Source: the human T2T-CHM13v2.0 reference genome, Homo sapiens
DNA length: 64,000 nucleotides
Reading direction: 5' to 3' (one strand)
Assembly (NCBI RefSeq): GCF_009914755.1
Contig: NC_060935.1
The notes below the pieces were generated by a model. The model saw only the letters and a list, made by a program, of their open reading frames with translations, did no database searches and was not told the DNA's origin. Within the stretch, counting starts at the first letter, position 1, and each line of letters starts with the position of its first letter. Both the position numbers and the translations under genes were made by a program. Shown here piece after piece: positions 48,601 through 62,460 of the stretch.

Positions 48601-49399
48601 TGTTCCTCTCTAATTTTACTTTGTTTTTACAACACTGCTTCTCAATGGTGTCTTCTAAAAGTGTGTGTATAACCATGGTAGAAAATAGATGGGAAGACAA
48701 GGGAAAAGGAGGTTAAAGAGGAAAGAAAATTTCATTAAGTATTCAGTAGTCCAATCAATTAACCAAAAATTGTTCTTGTGGGACCTCAATATAAATAGAT
48801 TTTCAATCATCTGTCTCTTGCACCTTGTGTCAGCATTCAGGTGAAATGAAGAATAGAGAAGGAATCAGAAGAGTGAAAAGTAGAATACACTATTCCAGCT
48901 TATGTGCTAATAACTATATGTAAATGATAATCTAGAGTTTGTTCACCTCTTATCTCTCCTATTTTAAACCTCAGTTACATGCCAGAAACCAATTTAAATT
49001 GATATCCCTTTGCCCTACTTTATGATTACCCTCTTATATGTTCATATCAGAAGGATACTCCTCTCTTTCCTTTACATACGGACTATTTAAAGTTGAAGAT
49101 GCAAATGTGCAGATACCGGAGCATGTTCCATAAAGACTCCCTCCTTTTATTTTAAAGTGATACCAATATGCTTAAAATTCTGTTATGTTTTTATTTAATC
49201 CTATTAAAACAAAACTTGACGGTATTATTTTCAGTTAAATTTTATTTCAAATTATAAATGACATTCTTTGAAAATAAAAGAAAAACGTTAATAAATATGG
49301 ATGGTTTATAGTAATAAAAACATAGATTTAAATTAATTTTTTGAAAAATCTATTTTATTGTGAAAACGGTTCATATTAAATTTGTTATTTTTAAGCTCT

Positions 49400-49595
49400 T
49401 TATGAATATCATTTTCTTTAATTCTGATGACAAGCCAATTAAATATAAACTATTTTAACTTTTGATTTACAGATAAAAATTAGGCCTAAGATTTCATATA
49501 TTTTTCTTAAAGTTACAAGGCTTTAAATTGGTAAAGCCAGGATTTGGATTTATGTAGTGTGACTCTAGAGTGCTTACTACTTTAATCATTATATT
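49400..49595 (-). mobile_element. MIR SINE
   Basis: tttacagataaaaattaggcc...ggtaaagccaggatttggatt...gtgactctagag. Confidence 0.6.
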
Positions 49596-50290
49596 CCACC
49601 ACCCATCTTAAAGTTAAAATAAGTGCAATTCATAATCACTGCATCAACTTCCTTATACTTTTTATATTTTTGGCCATTTGAAAAGATGTTTGAATTAAGA
49701 TTTTTTTTTACCAACATAGGAGACATATAGAACTGAGTTAAAACCTTAATGCTGTTACTTCTCAGCAAGACAATCTCAAGGGACTAATTTGTTCAGTTCT
49801 CTCACCTTTAGATTTTTCACCTTGAAATTTAATTTTTCAATAGAAATACCAAACTTTGTATTATTTTAGTAGACACAAGTATAATAAAAACAAAGAATTT
49901 GGACACATTTAAACGCTACTTGTTCCTGAAATGAAGAGATAATCAGAATTCATACTTTTTCTTTTAGGTCAATCACTTTTGAGGGAGGATGGTCACTCCA
50001 AAGTTACCCATTGAATGGATATGGTGTTGCAGAACATTTAAAATATTTTATCTTTATTTTCCATTTCGATTTAACTAATAGTACTTCTACAATACACAAA
50101 ACATTTCAATATTCTTCCCCATATAGCTTCCTCTTATTATATTTTCCAATCTTGATTTATTTATTTATATTTTAGTTTATTCGTTTTCTTTTTTTTCCTG
50201 TGCCTGTGCTTACCCATATACCTTTTTCCTAACTTTTAATGTTCAATTATTTATCTGCAATGCAAATCAACATAAAAGATTTTATATGGT

Positions 50291-50327
50291 ATGTGTGTGC
50301 ATATGTGTGTGTGTGTGTGTGTGTATG
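50291..50327. repeat. (TG)n microsatellite
   Basis: Read directly from the sequence. Confidence 0.85.
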
Positions 50328-51697
50328 TACATTTGTTGTTGTAGTGAAGGATATTAGATAAGTTAATAATGGAATCATTACATTTCCATTGTCTATTAAA
50401 TATATGGCCTTTCTCGTGTATGACATGTCAACTTTGGGACACTAGTGTGAACACTGGAAACATTACATCACAGAAAACAAAATGAAGTGAGCACATTAAA
50501 AAACATGTTATTTAATTGAATTTATTTTAAATTTATATTTGACAGGAGAAAATAATTTCAATTGGTAATATTTTTCATTAAATAATGATAAATAAGGTTA
50601 AAAATGAAATTGAATCTGTCAACAGTTATTAAAGATGTGGTACACTTATTACACTGAAACAGATGAATATTAAAAGTCCATAATATGAATATCTAAAGTG
50701 CCGCTTTTTATCTGCTGTCCTCACTCTGGGCATGAAAATTCCATTGCCAATTCTAACTTGTGATTCTATGCAGCCCCAATTATTAGGACAGAATAAATAG
50801 AGATGTAACTTCCTATAGCAGTAGTGGGTTCCCTGTTTAGGGAGAACCCACTAGAGACAAGTGTCCTGAGTGTTTTCTGAATTCCTGTGATAATTTTATT
50901 TATTTCATTGACATCACCCAACTTTAAACACAATAGATCATACCATTTTTGGTTTCAACCATGTTCTACCCTTCTGCACTTCAGGCTCAGGAAATATGTT
51001 GTATCTCCAGTATATTAGCCTCTGACTCAAAAATACAGAACTTTTTAAATACAAAGTAGTGATAAAATGTAAATGGGCATCTTGATATACTGAGTTAGTT
51101 CCTTTTCCCTAGAAGTGTTCAGGAGGAAGCTTGATACCTTATTGCAAATGCATTAGGGAAGGAATTTGACATTTCTTTGTTGGTGCTCACAAATTTGAAC
51201 ACTTGTGATTGTATAAATGTCTTTCTTTTTATTAAACCAGAGTGTAGACAGAGTTGTGATGTGTAGTTCACAACCAGCAATGGCAGAATTGGGCTCTTAG
51301 GAAAAGGAAGAGCCAAATTGAAGATTTCAGGGAGTTTATCAGTCTGTGGTCAAAAGCACAGGAAAGAAGTAAGAAAATCAGATGCATTAGATTAGAGTGC
51401 ATAGAGATAGTCAGGCTTACACTTTAGAAAATGCATGGCTGGAAAGGAAGATAATCTGAAAAGAAAAGACTACTGGTAGGTAATCACCTGAATTAATCTA
51501 TATTCTACCTAGTTCTGGCACAAAAGACAATGTCTTGGTAGTCACAACTCCTGTTAACTAGAAAACATAGGAACCCACAAACTTAGATACGATGATATAT
51601 TATTCCCACAGCATTCAGGTACTTTCCTATTTGCTGTCTATACTTACTCTGTTAAATCATGATTTGACTGAAAAAGTAATCAGGTCAGGCCCTCAAT

Positions 51698-52630
51698 TTA
51701 TCCTTTGTTTTCTGAAATAATTTTGCCATGCCATAACTTTCTCATGGCATTTTTCACTTCTGCATTCCTCAGTGTGTAGATGAGTGGATTGAGAAAGGGT
51801 GTTCCAATAGTATAAAATACTGCCACCATCTTGTCCATGGGGAAAGTGGTCGGGGGGCGTGTATATATGAATATACATGGGCCAAAGAATAAGATGACTA
51901 CAATTATGTGAGACGTGCAAGCGGAGAGAGCCTTTTTCTTCCCTTTGGCACTGTGGTTTCTCAGTGAATGCAAGATGACAATATATGAAATTATCAAAAT
52001 CATGAAACTACTTGAGCAAATTGCCCCACTGTTAGACACCAACAGCAGGTTGATCATGTAAGTGTCCATGCAGGCAAGTTTCAACAAGGGCTGCAAATCA
52101 CAGCAATAATGATCAATCAAATAGGGTCCACAGAAAGGCAATCTTAAGGCCAGGATAATCTAAGCTGTAGAGTGTATTAAAGACCCTATCCAGGCAAGAA
52201 CAATCAGGATGATGCAGACCTGCTGGCTCATGATGGTTGGGTAACGCAAGGGCTTACAGATGGCCACATAGCGATCAACAGCCATGAGAATGAGGACAAA
52301 GATCTCCATGCAGCCAAATAAATGTAGTGCAAAGACTTGTGTCATGCACTCATTGTAGGTTATAATTTTCTTTTCAGAGAGAGCATCCACAATTAATCTA
52401 GGGGCTGTGGAAGTTGAAAAGCAAGAATCTGCAAAGGACAAATAAAATAGAAAGAAGTACATGGGGCTTCCTAGTGTCCGGCTGGACTTGATGGTCACAA
52501 TAATGAGCATATTCCCCACCACAGTTCCCATATAGAAAATTAAGAAGATTACAAACACTATTTTCTGCCTCAAGGGATCCTGTGTTAATCCTAACAGTAT
52601 GAATTCAGGCACACTGTTATTTTGCTGCAT
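51698..52630 (-). pseudogene. OR4C11: Olfactory receptor 4C11, nonsense allele (TAG at codon 157); frame otherwise intact for 310 codons
   Basis: The two ORFs (52160-52630, 51698-52141) share one frame: ...[17 protein letters not shown]...; motifs [34 protein letters not shown]. Confidence 0.93.
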
Positions 52631-52674
52631 TGTTTCAGTTGATGTGAAGAAACCACAGATTAGAACTAGTTAAT

Positions 52675-52697
52675 CTGCAAAAGAAAAAAAGAAATAG
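52675..52697 (-). promoter_or_regulatory. Putative splice acceptor of the OR4C11 coding exon
   Basis: Minus strand ctatttctttttttcttttgcAG, 44 nt before the ATG. Confidence 0.7.
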
Positions 52698-52832
52698 ATT
52701 CTAAATTTAGAGGTCAAATACATATTCTTGCAATGAAATTGCAACTTTCCAATGGCTTATTATTGACAATTCTTTGTATTTTTTTCTGAGTGAAATGGAA
52801 TTCATAGTAACTATTCAATATATTTACCAAAA

Positions 52833-52897
52833 TATTATTATTATTATTTTTGAAACAGAATGTCGCTCTGTCCTCTAGGCTGGACTGCAGTGGCATG
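52833..52897 (-). mobile_element. Severely 5'-truncated Alu 3' end
   Basis: (ATT)n tail then tgaaacagaatgtcgctctgtc...aggctggactgcagtggcatga. Confidence 0.75.
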
Positions 52898-53849
52898 ACA
52901 AAATTACACATGAAAATAATACAATTAGAAATAGAAAAATAACTTAAAAGCAAATGATTTTTCAAACAAAGTAAACATTAATTTAGGGGTTTGGTATGAG
53001 TAGGTGTCTTCTGAGCTGAATGTGTTCCTTTAGCTTATAGCCAAGAATAATAAATATTTTGTACTGTGTTGCGGTAACAGATGAAAATGTACATGACTTA
53101 CTACAATAGGCTTTCACATTATTTGAACCTGACAGTACCATTATAATATATTTACTTCCTAAATATACAGATCATTCTAATGATGTTGTTTAAATACTTG
53201 AGAATACCTTCCTTAATAAAATTTACATGTATGTGGGTGTGTGTGCACACACACACACATACACAGAGAAAGAGACAATAAACATAAAATTTTTGCAATG
53301 AGCAAAAAGTCAATCATTACAGTCCAACATGAGAATTATTTTAACCTCTTGCCTTGACTATCTTTATTTCCTTTTAATTTACCTCTGAAAATTTTCTAAT
53401 TATTTTCAGTTCCAAATTCATCCTTTATTATTCAACTTTGTACTGCTTTGTTATACTGTGTTGTCCAAAGTTAAATTCGTCCATCTTTCCTTATTTTTCT
53501 GGGTTCTTCATAAAGTTTTCTTAAGAGACAAGTAGACACTGAGGCTAAAATGAGGAAAAAAGTGGAAGAATAATTGACACATAAATCAGGACATTCTTTC
53601 AAATTTCAGGTTTGCAGGTAAGCATCAGTGATTTAGAAAATGAGATCTATGCGCTCCAAGTCAGGACTGAAACTTTCAATAGAATTTTTAGTTTGTATGT
53701 TCTTATGAATCCCATATCCTGACTTCAAGAAAGAGAAGTTAAATATATAATGGGAATTAATATTTATTTGCATATTTCAAATATTGAACAAATTTTTCCA
53801 TATACTTTTTCACATATATATTCCAAATAGCAACACAGTAAAAAATTAA

Positions 53850-54740
53850 AAGGGAAGTGTCAATATGATAAAATACATTTACAACACATTTGCCAGACAA
53901 AAGCATAGCTTTTTAAAATGTAAATTGATTTCACAGATAAGTTTCTGAAAAATATGACACAAATGAACATTGGAAAAATAACCCATCTTAAAAGAGACTG
54001 TTCTCCTTATTATAAAGATTATGCCTCTGGAAAGATGCTCAATTTCTTTCATAGTTAAATACATTCAAGTTAAAATTCCAGTTAGATAATTTTCACCTAT
54101 CAGGTTAATAAAGTAATCCTTTTGATAAATGTCTTAACAAATAGTCTTGACAAAGGTGTGGGAAACCGTCAACCCTACAAACTTTTGGTGGGAATGTAAG
54201 TGGGTGCAACCTTCTAGAAAGTGACTTCAGTATCTATTATATGACAACCGGATATAGATATTGATCCAGTTATTCCGTTTCCTATAGACGCACTCATTCA
54301 CAGAAACAAGGACAATCATTTTGCCTTTTTAGATGGTAGCAAGAGATAGGAAACAACTTTAGTGCCCATCAGAAGGGACATTAATGAATCAAGGATGATA
54401 TTTTTACGCAAACATTAATAAGAATGAAGCAGATACAGATAGCTGTGTGTTTATATGCACACGCACGCACACACACACACACACAAAATTGTCCCTGACA
54501 TATGGTGTAAATTGAAATGTAAGAGATTAATATTGCATGCTTAGAATTGTAACATTTTCCTTAACATCAGTACAATATATACTACACACACCTGCATATT
54601 TCTATACATGAATTATAGTAGAAGAGTATGAAAAAACTATAATGACTCTGAGCGGGGAAATTGCATTCTTGGCATTAGACATGGGAGAAATAACTACATT
54701 AAAAAATATTCACTTTGGTAGTATTTGACAATGTGTCATA
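53850..54740 (+). mobile_element. Old L1ME-type 3' region with embedded (CA)n
   Basis: ggaaagatgctcaatttc...tggtgggaatgtaagtgggtgcaacc...ggaaacaactttagtgcccatc. Confidence 0.6.
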
Positions 54741-55426
54741 ATAATGCTACATCAAAAATAATGTTTTAAAAGCTTTACCTTGGGAGATGGGTTGTTATTC
54801 ACCTTGTGATGGCATATCCCTGAGCCATCACAACTGTCTTGTTGTAGACAGGAATTCTAGTGGTATTCTTAGGGCTACATTAAGCCTCACAAATTTGAGT
54901 AAGTCAGATATAGCAGTAGTGTTGAAACTCAGGGCTCTGTAAATACAACATATGCAGACACACTGTCACTAACTGGAGATTCACTTCCTGTATTGAAGGT
55001 TTGTGAAAGCTCTTTAGCAAACAGAAATAAAAAATTGTATTTGTCTTCTCTGAATTAAGTATTATAAAAAGACACACACACATGCATGTATCTCCAGAAT
55101 AGACATGAATAAGCAGGAATAAATAGATACAAATAGACATCATTACACATTTTTATAGTACTATACATTAGAATGAAGCAACATAAGAAAGGGTATTTTT
55201 ATCTGTTCACTGCTGAATTACAGCACTTATAAAAAAGTAGGTTTTTGATATCTGTTGAATGAATCAAAGAATTAAGAGAAATTCTTATAGATCCAAATCA
55301 TTAATGTTTTATACTATTTTATATTTAGCTGCATTAAGGAGAAGGAAGCCAGCATCCTACCGTGGGCGACATCATCACCTTCATGGAGCACTTCCTGGAA
55401 CACCCCAATAGATTTTATTTCTGTTT

Positions 55427-55496
55427 GTTTATTATTTATTTTATTACTGCTCCTTGCAGAGCAGAGCTACCCTTAGGCAGTTTGCCCAGAGTAGGC
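55427..55496 (-). mobile_element. 70-bp poly(A)-tailed retrocopy of an LTR R-region-like double hairpin (MER4-group-like), 11-bp TSD
   Basis: Sense gcctactctgggcaaactgcctaagggtagctctgctctgcaaggagcagta plus A-rich tail; TSD t(a/g)tttctgttt at 55416-55426 and 55497-55507. Confidence 0.7.
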
Positions 55497-56787
55497 TGTT
55501 TCTGTTTAATTATCTCCTACCCACTTCTACCAACAGCTCTTACCTGGTAGTGCCCATTTCCATCAAGAAATTCTGTGCATGATTTTTATTTCCATCTTTT
55601 CACTTTAGATTGTAAAGCACTTCTAGAAAAGTCCTTGAATTTCCCCACCTCCCACCAGTGTCTTGTATATGTTAGTTCCTGGCTGTTGTATTGATCAGAT
55701 CCACCTTCTCTGAATGTTAGATACGACTAAGTTATTCTCCTATACAGACCTTACCAGCTTTGATAAGAGAGTATGCTATATTAGGATGTTCAATTGCCCT
55801 CTTTTCTTCCCAATATAATTTGGAGGCTACTTATTCAAATGAGAATTTTAAAAGTGCTTATAAATTAATATATAACTATTCTGATACGAGGCTCTCTTTG
55901 GTCTCACAAAGAAGTTTACATCCCCATCTTAATGGTAGAAGGCAAACTAAATTGGTTCCAGATTCATCCAACACTTTCTGAAATCTACCCTCACGCAGGA
56001 TTTTTGACTGGGAAAATTTTCTCTTTTGCCTTCCCAGGAGAAGTGCTTAATATGAATTATGCAAAATTTAAGAGTCTGGGGAATGTCATCCCCTCAAGTG
56101 TCCCTTTTGGAACATGAGCCAGATGTGATAGATAACTTAATCTTCAATTTGTCTTGGATTATGGAAAAAAGAGGTAGCCCACTCTTGCAATTAGAGGTGT
56201 TAATTTGAGTGATAAATGACGTTTTTGACTAGAATTAAAAATGGTCTTCTATCAACCAAATCTTTGTTTCTCATACCATTCTCCAATAAAGTGATCAAGG
56301 CTTCTTGAAGAAATGTTTGATTCTAGATTTTTAACTGAGAGTGTACAAAATAAATGAGCGTTTCACAGCGGTGGAAATGCAGAAGTGCTAAAACATGCAC
56401 ACAAACGGTGATGGGGACACAGGAGTCAACTGAAACAGCCTACAACGGCCAAAGCTGTAAAAATTTTTAGCAACAAAATAAATAACACAGTTTTGAAATA
56501 TAACCGTAATTGTAAAATATATACCGAAAAGTTCATCTTTATAAATAATTGAATACATAGTTAAATAAAATAGAATTAGAGGTTAACTACCTTTCATTTA
56601 TTTTTTAGTTGATATGTAATAATTATATTTATTGGATATGAAGTGATATTTCCATATTTCTTTACAATGTTTAGTAATAAAATCAGGGTAATTAGTATGT
56701 CCATCACCTCAGATATTTATTTTATTTTTAATTTTTAAAATTTTAATTTTTACTTATTTTTATTTTTGTGGGTACATAGTAGGTATG

Positions 56788-57151
56788 TTATATGGTTTGT
56801 CTGTGTTCTCACCTAAATCTCATCTTCCATTGTAGCTCCCATAATCCCCATGTGTCGTGGGAGGGACCCAGTGAGAGGTAATTGAATCATGCAGGTGGGT
56901 TTTTCCTGTGCTGTTCTCATAGTAGTGAATAAGTCTCACAAGATCTTATGGTTTTATAAAGGGCAGTTTCCCTGCACAAGCTCTCTCTTACCTGCCACCA
57001 TGTAAGACATTCTGTTGCTACTGCCTCCCCTTCCACCATGACTGTGAGGTCTCACCAGCCATGTGGAATTGTGAGTCCATTAAACTTCTTTTTCTTCAAT
57101 AAACTACCTAGTCTTGGGTATGTCTTTATTAGCAGTGTGAGAATGGACTAA

Positions 57152-57153
<2 letters not shown>
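56788..57153 (+). mobile_element. THE1 (MaLR) solo LTR
   Basis: atatggtttg...aaatctcatctt...gagtccattaaac...gtctttattagcagtgtgagaatggactaa. Confidence 0.85.

Positions 57154-57195
<42 letters not shown>
57154..57195. repeat. (TA)n microsatellite of about 20 units
   Basis: Read directly from the sequence. Confidence 0.9.
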
Positions 57196-57197
<2 letters not shown>

Positions 57198-58024
57198 AGT
57201 ATATGAGACATTTTGATGCAAGCATGCAATGTGAAATAAGCACATAAGGGAAAATGGGATATTCATCCCCTCAAGTATTTGTTCTTTGAGATGCAAATAA
57301 TCCAGTTATACTCTTTAAGTTATTTTGAAATATACAATTAAATTATTATTGACTATAATCAACCTGTTGTGCTATCAAATAGTAAGTCTTATTCATTATA
57401 ACTCTTTTTTTGTACCCAATGGCCTTCCTCACCTCCAGTTTCTGGTAATTGTCCTTCTACCCAAATGTCCATGAGTTCAATTCTTTTGACTTTTAGATCC
57501 CACAAATAAGTGAGAACATGTGGTGTTTGTCTTTCTGTGTCTGGCTTATTTCACTTAACATAATGATCTCCCATTCCATTCATGTTGTTGCAAATGACTG
57601 GATCTCATTTATTTTTATGGCTGAATAGTATATACACCACATTTTCTTTATCTATTCATGTGTTGATGGACATTTCAGTTGCTTTCAAATCTTAACTGTT
57701 GGAAACAGTGCCACAACAAACATAGGAGTCCAGATACTTCTTTGATACACTAATTTCCTTTCTTTGGGGTATATGCCCAGCAGTAGGATTTCTGGTTCAC
57801 ATATTAGCTCAATTTTTAGTTTTTGAATAACTCTAAACTTTTTCATGTGGTTGTACTAATGTACATTCACATCTACAGCATACAAGGTTTCCCTTTTCTC
57901 CACATCCTCACCAGCATTTGTTATTGCCTGTCTTCTGTATATAAGCCATTCTAACTTGGGTGAGATGATGATATCTCATTGTAGTTTTGATTTGCATTTT
58001 TCTGATGATCAGTGATGTTGGGCA

Positions 58025-58150
<126 letters not shown>

Positions 58151-58250
58151 TAATTATAAGGGCAACTTTCACTTAATATAAAACTTCTGAATATTCCACT
58201 GATTTTGTACTTTACAATTTTACTACTTCCTTTACTCATTTATGATTTGA

Positions 58251-58656
<406 letters not shown>

Positions 58657-59385
58657 AAAATATGTGTTTTAATGGCAACAATTGTCCCCACCTGACTGTG
58701 TTTACATGTCTCTTTTACCTCTGCTAACAGTAGTGACCATTTGTAGCATGTTCCCTCAGAATACAGGATGGGGTTTTTAAAATGTATTATGGATTAAGCG
58801 TCTATGATGATCTGGAAAACAAGCCAGAATCCTAACTTAAGGAATGCACATTTTGCTAAAACAGAAGAAAAACTGCAAAATGATTTGACATCAAGGATGC
58901 TAAATGATTAGCATTAGACCAATAGAAATATTATACATTTCTATTAACTATAAGAAATATCCACATAAATATTCAGTAATGCAATTTGGGTCTTCTGGTA
59001 ATCTGTCACTTTTCATTTTCTTTTCTTTTCTGTAGAGCTGAGGACTCAAAATACTTCCTCTTATGGCTGTCCTACATGACACCCCATTTTGCTTTGCTCT
59101 CAAGCCTGGGATACACCTCAGACTAAGTGAGAGTCAGGATATGGATACCAAACGGAATTACTTTTTTATCCAGAGAAAAACTGAATTTTCTGGATCTAAG
59201 ACTTCTTTATTGAAAATTAGAAGTTTGGATATATTGAGCAATTCCCAGATTAATTTGTTCACCAATCCACTTCTCTGATGGTTATCTTTAAATCAGTTTG
59301 TTTTAGGTAAATAAATCTATCTGTAAAATAAACAATATGGTATCTTGTAAACAAGGACAGCATCAGTTGTAATAAAGTAAGGAGA

Positions 59386-60092
59386 CCAACAACTTCTTGA
59401 TCCCCACCCCAAATGCCCCAATGTATTGTAACTGTCATTTTACTGTCTACTTTTATGAAATCATCTCTTTTAGATTCCATATATGAGTGAGATCACGCAG
59501 TACTTATCTTTCCTGTTTTATTTCACTTAACATAATGTCTTCCAGGTTCATCCATGTTGTCACAAATGATAGGATTCTGAGAGGGTGAATGTTCAGTGCT
59601 CTCCCCACATGATAACTACATGAGGTAATGCATATGTTAATTAGCCAGAGTTATCATTCCACTTTGTATGTATACTACAAAACATCATGTTGTATGCTAT
59701 AAATACAGCAGTTCCTCTGTATCTGTGGGGTATCGGTTCCAGAACCTCCCATGGAAGACCAAAATCAGACAATGCTTGAGTTCTTGTCATAAAATGGCAT
59801 AGTATTTGACATAACAGCTGCATATTCTCCCTTATACTTTAAATCATCTTTAGATTACTTATAATACCTAATAAAATGTAAATGCTGTGTAAATAATTGT
59901 TATATTATACTGGTTAGAGAAGAGCAAGACAAAAGTCTATAACGTGTTCAGTATAGATGCAAATTTTTTTGGAGTATTTTCCATCCATGGTTGGATTGAG
60001 TCCATGGATGCAGAACCCATGAATGTGGGAGGCTTACTACACATATAGATGTATCTGCCAACTTAAAAAATAATAATAAATTTGAAAAAAAA
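59386..60092 (+). mobile_element. Old L1MA 3' end with a 5' inversion (59386-59578 inverted), interrupted by MER2
   Basis: Antisense L1 segment joined to the sense terminal segment and A tail; degenerate 15-bp TSD. Confidence 0.7.
59706..60040. mobile_element. MER2 (TcMar-Tigger) DNA transposon
   Basis: ta-cagcagttcctctgtatc...ctttaaatcatctttagattacttataatacc...ggatgcagaacccatg. Confidence 0.8.
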
Positions 60093-60749
60093 ACAGTAAG
60101 AAGAAAATTGGTCAATGACCCCCAAATTGCTAAAATCTTTTTAGGTACAGTTAACTGCTAAGCATTAGAAGTCTGATAATTATTATTTTGAAGTGTGTGT
60201 GCACGTGTGTGCATGTGTGTGTGTGTGTGTTAGGCTTATGGCAATACTAAAGTTATAGTGGGAAGAAATCGAGATTTTTCTCCTTGGTGAAATTAGACTT
60301 GAATTATAATTGAAAATAGAATTGGTTTCTCACAGTGTGGACAATATTTAAATGCCATATCAATGACCTATTTACCATCTAAAATGGTTGTAAAGACACA
60401 GTTTTTAAATTCCTGAAGTGCTGCATTTGATGATTTCTAAATAAGTTTGCTACAAAAGCACTCTGAGTTTTCTAGATGGTAATATGGGATGCCTAGATGT
60501 GGTGGCAACATCTGATACAGAATAAGGTAGAAGTACTGCTGGTTTGTTTTCATCCCCATGGGGTGTCAGTTAATTCCTCATCATTGGGTAAAACAGCTCC
60601 TGGAAGTGTCTCTCTCTATTCTGCACTCTTTTTCCCCTGCATAAAATATGCCTTCTCAAATAAAGTAAACCTGTTACTATTAGCATGTGCCAGGAGCTGG
60701 GAAATTTGTTAAATAATTTTATTTACTTCTGAAAACCATTCTAGAAGCC

Positions 60750-60868
60750 TTTACCATGTTTTACAGATGAGGAAACTGAGGATTGTAGAGATTATGGAGA
60801 TCTCCATGTCCTTATATCTGGTGAAGAGTGGTCAGAAGTTAAATCTAGTGCCCTTTCCACTACCACAG
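60750..60868 (-). mobile_element. MIR SINE
   Basis: ttttacagatgaggaaactgagg core. Confidence 0.7.
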
Positions 60869-61444
60869 AGTAGATCCCCAGGTTAACCTTTCTACCCGGC
60901 CTTTGTTTTCATGTAAAAAATTTGTTATAAAAATACAGTTTCAGGTTGAAGAATAAACTGAATGTATAAGACTACTATGAGTGAAAGGGTCTAAAACACA
61001 AAACTCTTATGTTTCTAAATATTATGATTTCAAAAACAGACATAAAATCCAATTCAAGAAATGAAATAATAACCTTAGAATTGCAAGTGTCAGGCTGAGC
61101 CATACACAGCACCACCTCAGTTTCCCTGTCTGCACTACCTCACCCTCCTCTAGACAAAATAATATAACAATAAGTCCAGTTACCAATGTGAGTCTCAGCC
61201 TAAAGGTTTCCTAATAAAAACAATACCCAAACACTAAATTCCCAGCATTTGTTCCAGCACTGAGAATCCCCTTCCAGAAAACAGGCCAATACTCGTGAGT
61301 TAATCTTAGAAGGGAGGGGCTCAGGCAGGTCCCATCAGTCTACTTTTAAAAGAATTACTCTCAGAACATAGGCCAATACTCCTTGTCAAGTAATAGGGGG
61401 AAAATGGAGAGACAAAACCCAGGTGTTAGAAAAAGCTGAGTCTA

Positions 61445-61780
<336 letters not shown>

Positions 61781-62204
61781 CTAAACAGTTTACTGTTTTT
61801 GATTGGGAAAGAAAAAAGAAAAAGTCCTGATGTAAAAATTATCTGCAAAGGCTATCAATTTTGGATAAATCAGAACATGGCTGTAATCTACTTACATTTC
61901 TCTCTGTGTTCTAATTCGCACCCAAAAGAGACTACAATGAGCTGTCATGGATAAATATTTACATGCTGTTTAATAGTCGATGTAATAAATAATTCACATT
62001 TTAAACTCAATTGGCTATTATCCCTGTTGGCTAGGTTGAGACATTGTTAATTATCAAAAACAGGAAGCAAACTAAATATAATTCATACTTAGTTGTAGAG
62101 TGCACTCAGCCCATCAGCGATGTGTCTGGACACAGAAAGTGTGACACCTTCCCTGTCTCCCTCTGCCTCCTTTCTGTTGCAGAATTATAGAAATTGAAAT
62201 ATGT

Positions 62205-62460
62205 GGCTGTGAGACTGAGGGCTTAAGAACATAGACTCTGGCCTTTTTCCTGAATGAGACAGAGAGACTTGGTCCAAAGCCTTGTTTTCCCATTACTACC
62301 TGTGTGGTCTTGGAAAAATCAGCAAATCACTCTGTGCTTCATTTTTCTCATCAGCAAAATGAATTCTGCTACCTACTTCATAAGGTTGTTGTGATGATTA
62401 AATTAAATATAATGTTCCTAAAGACAGTACTTAGCAAACAGTAGGTGAGTAATAGATGGT
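62205..62460 (+). mobile_element. Near full-length MIR
   Basis: ttaagaacatagactctgg...ctgtgtggtcttgg...tttctcatcagcaaaatg...ggttgttgtgatgattaaat. Confidence 0.8.

Larger units (their letters stand above)
56595..58024 (-). mobile_element. L1MA-type 3' regions, interrupted by THE1 and (TA)n
   Basis: tttttgtgggtacatagtaggt; ttagatcccacaaataagtgagaacatg; ctgatgatcagtgatgttg. Confidence 0.8.

Noticed and set aside
51698-52141. Separate 147-aa OR gene
   Set aside because: It is the C-terminal half of OR4C11 after the nonsense codon, called from a non-ATG start.
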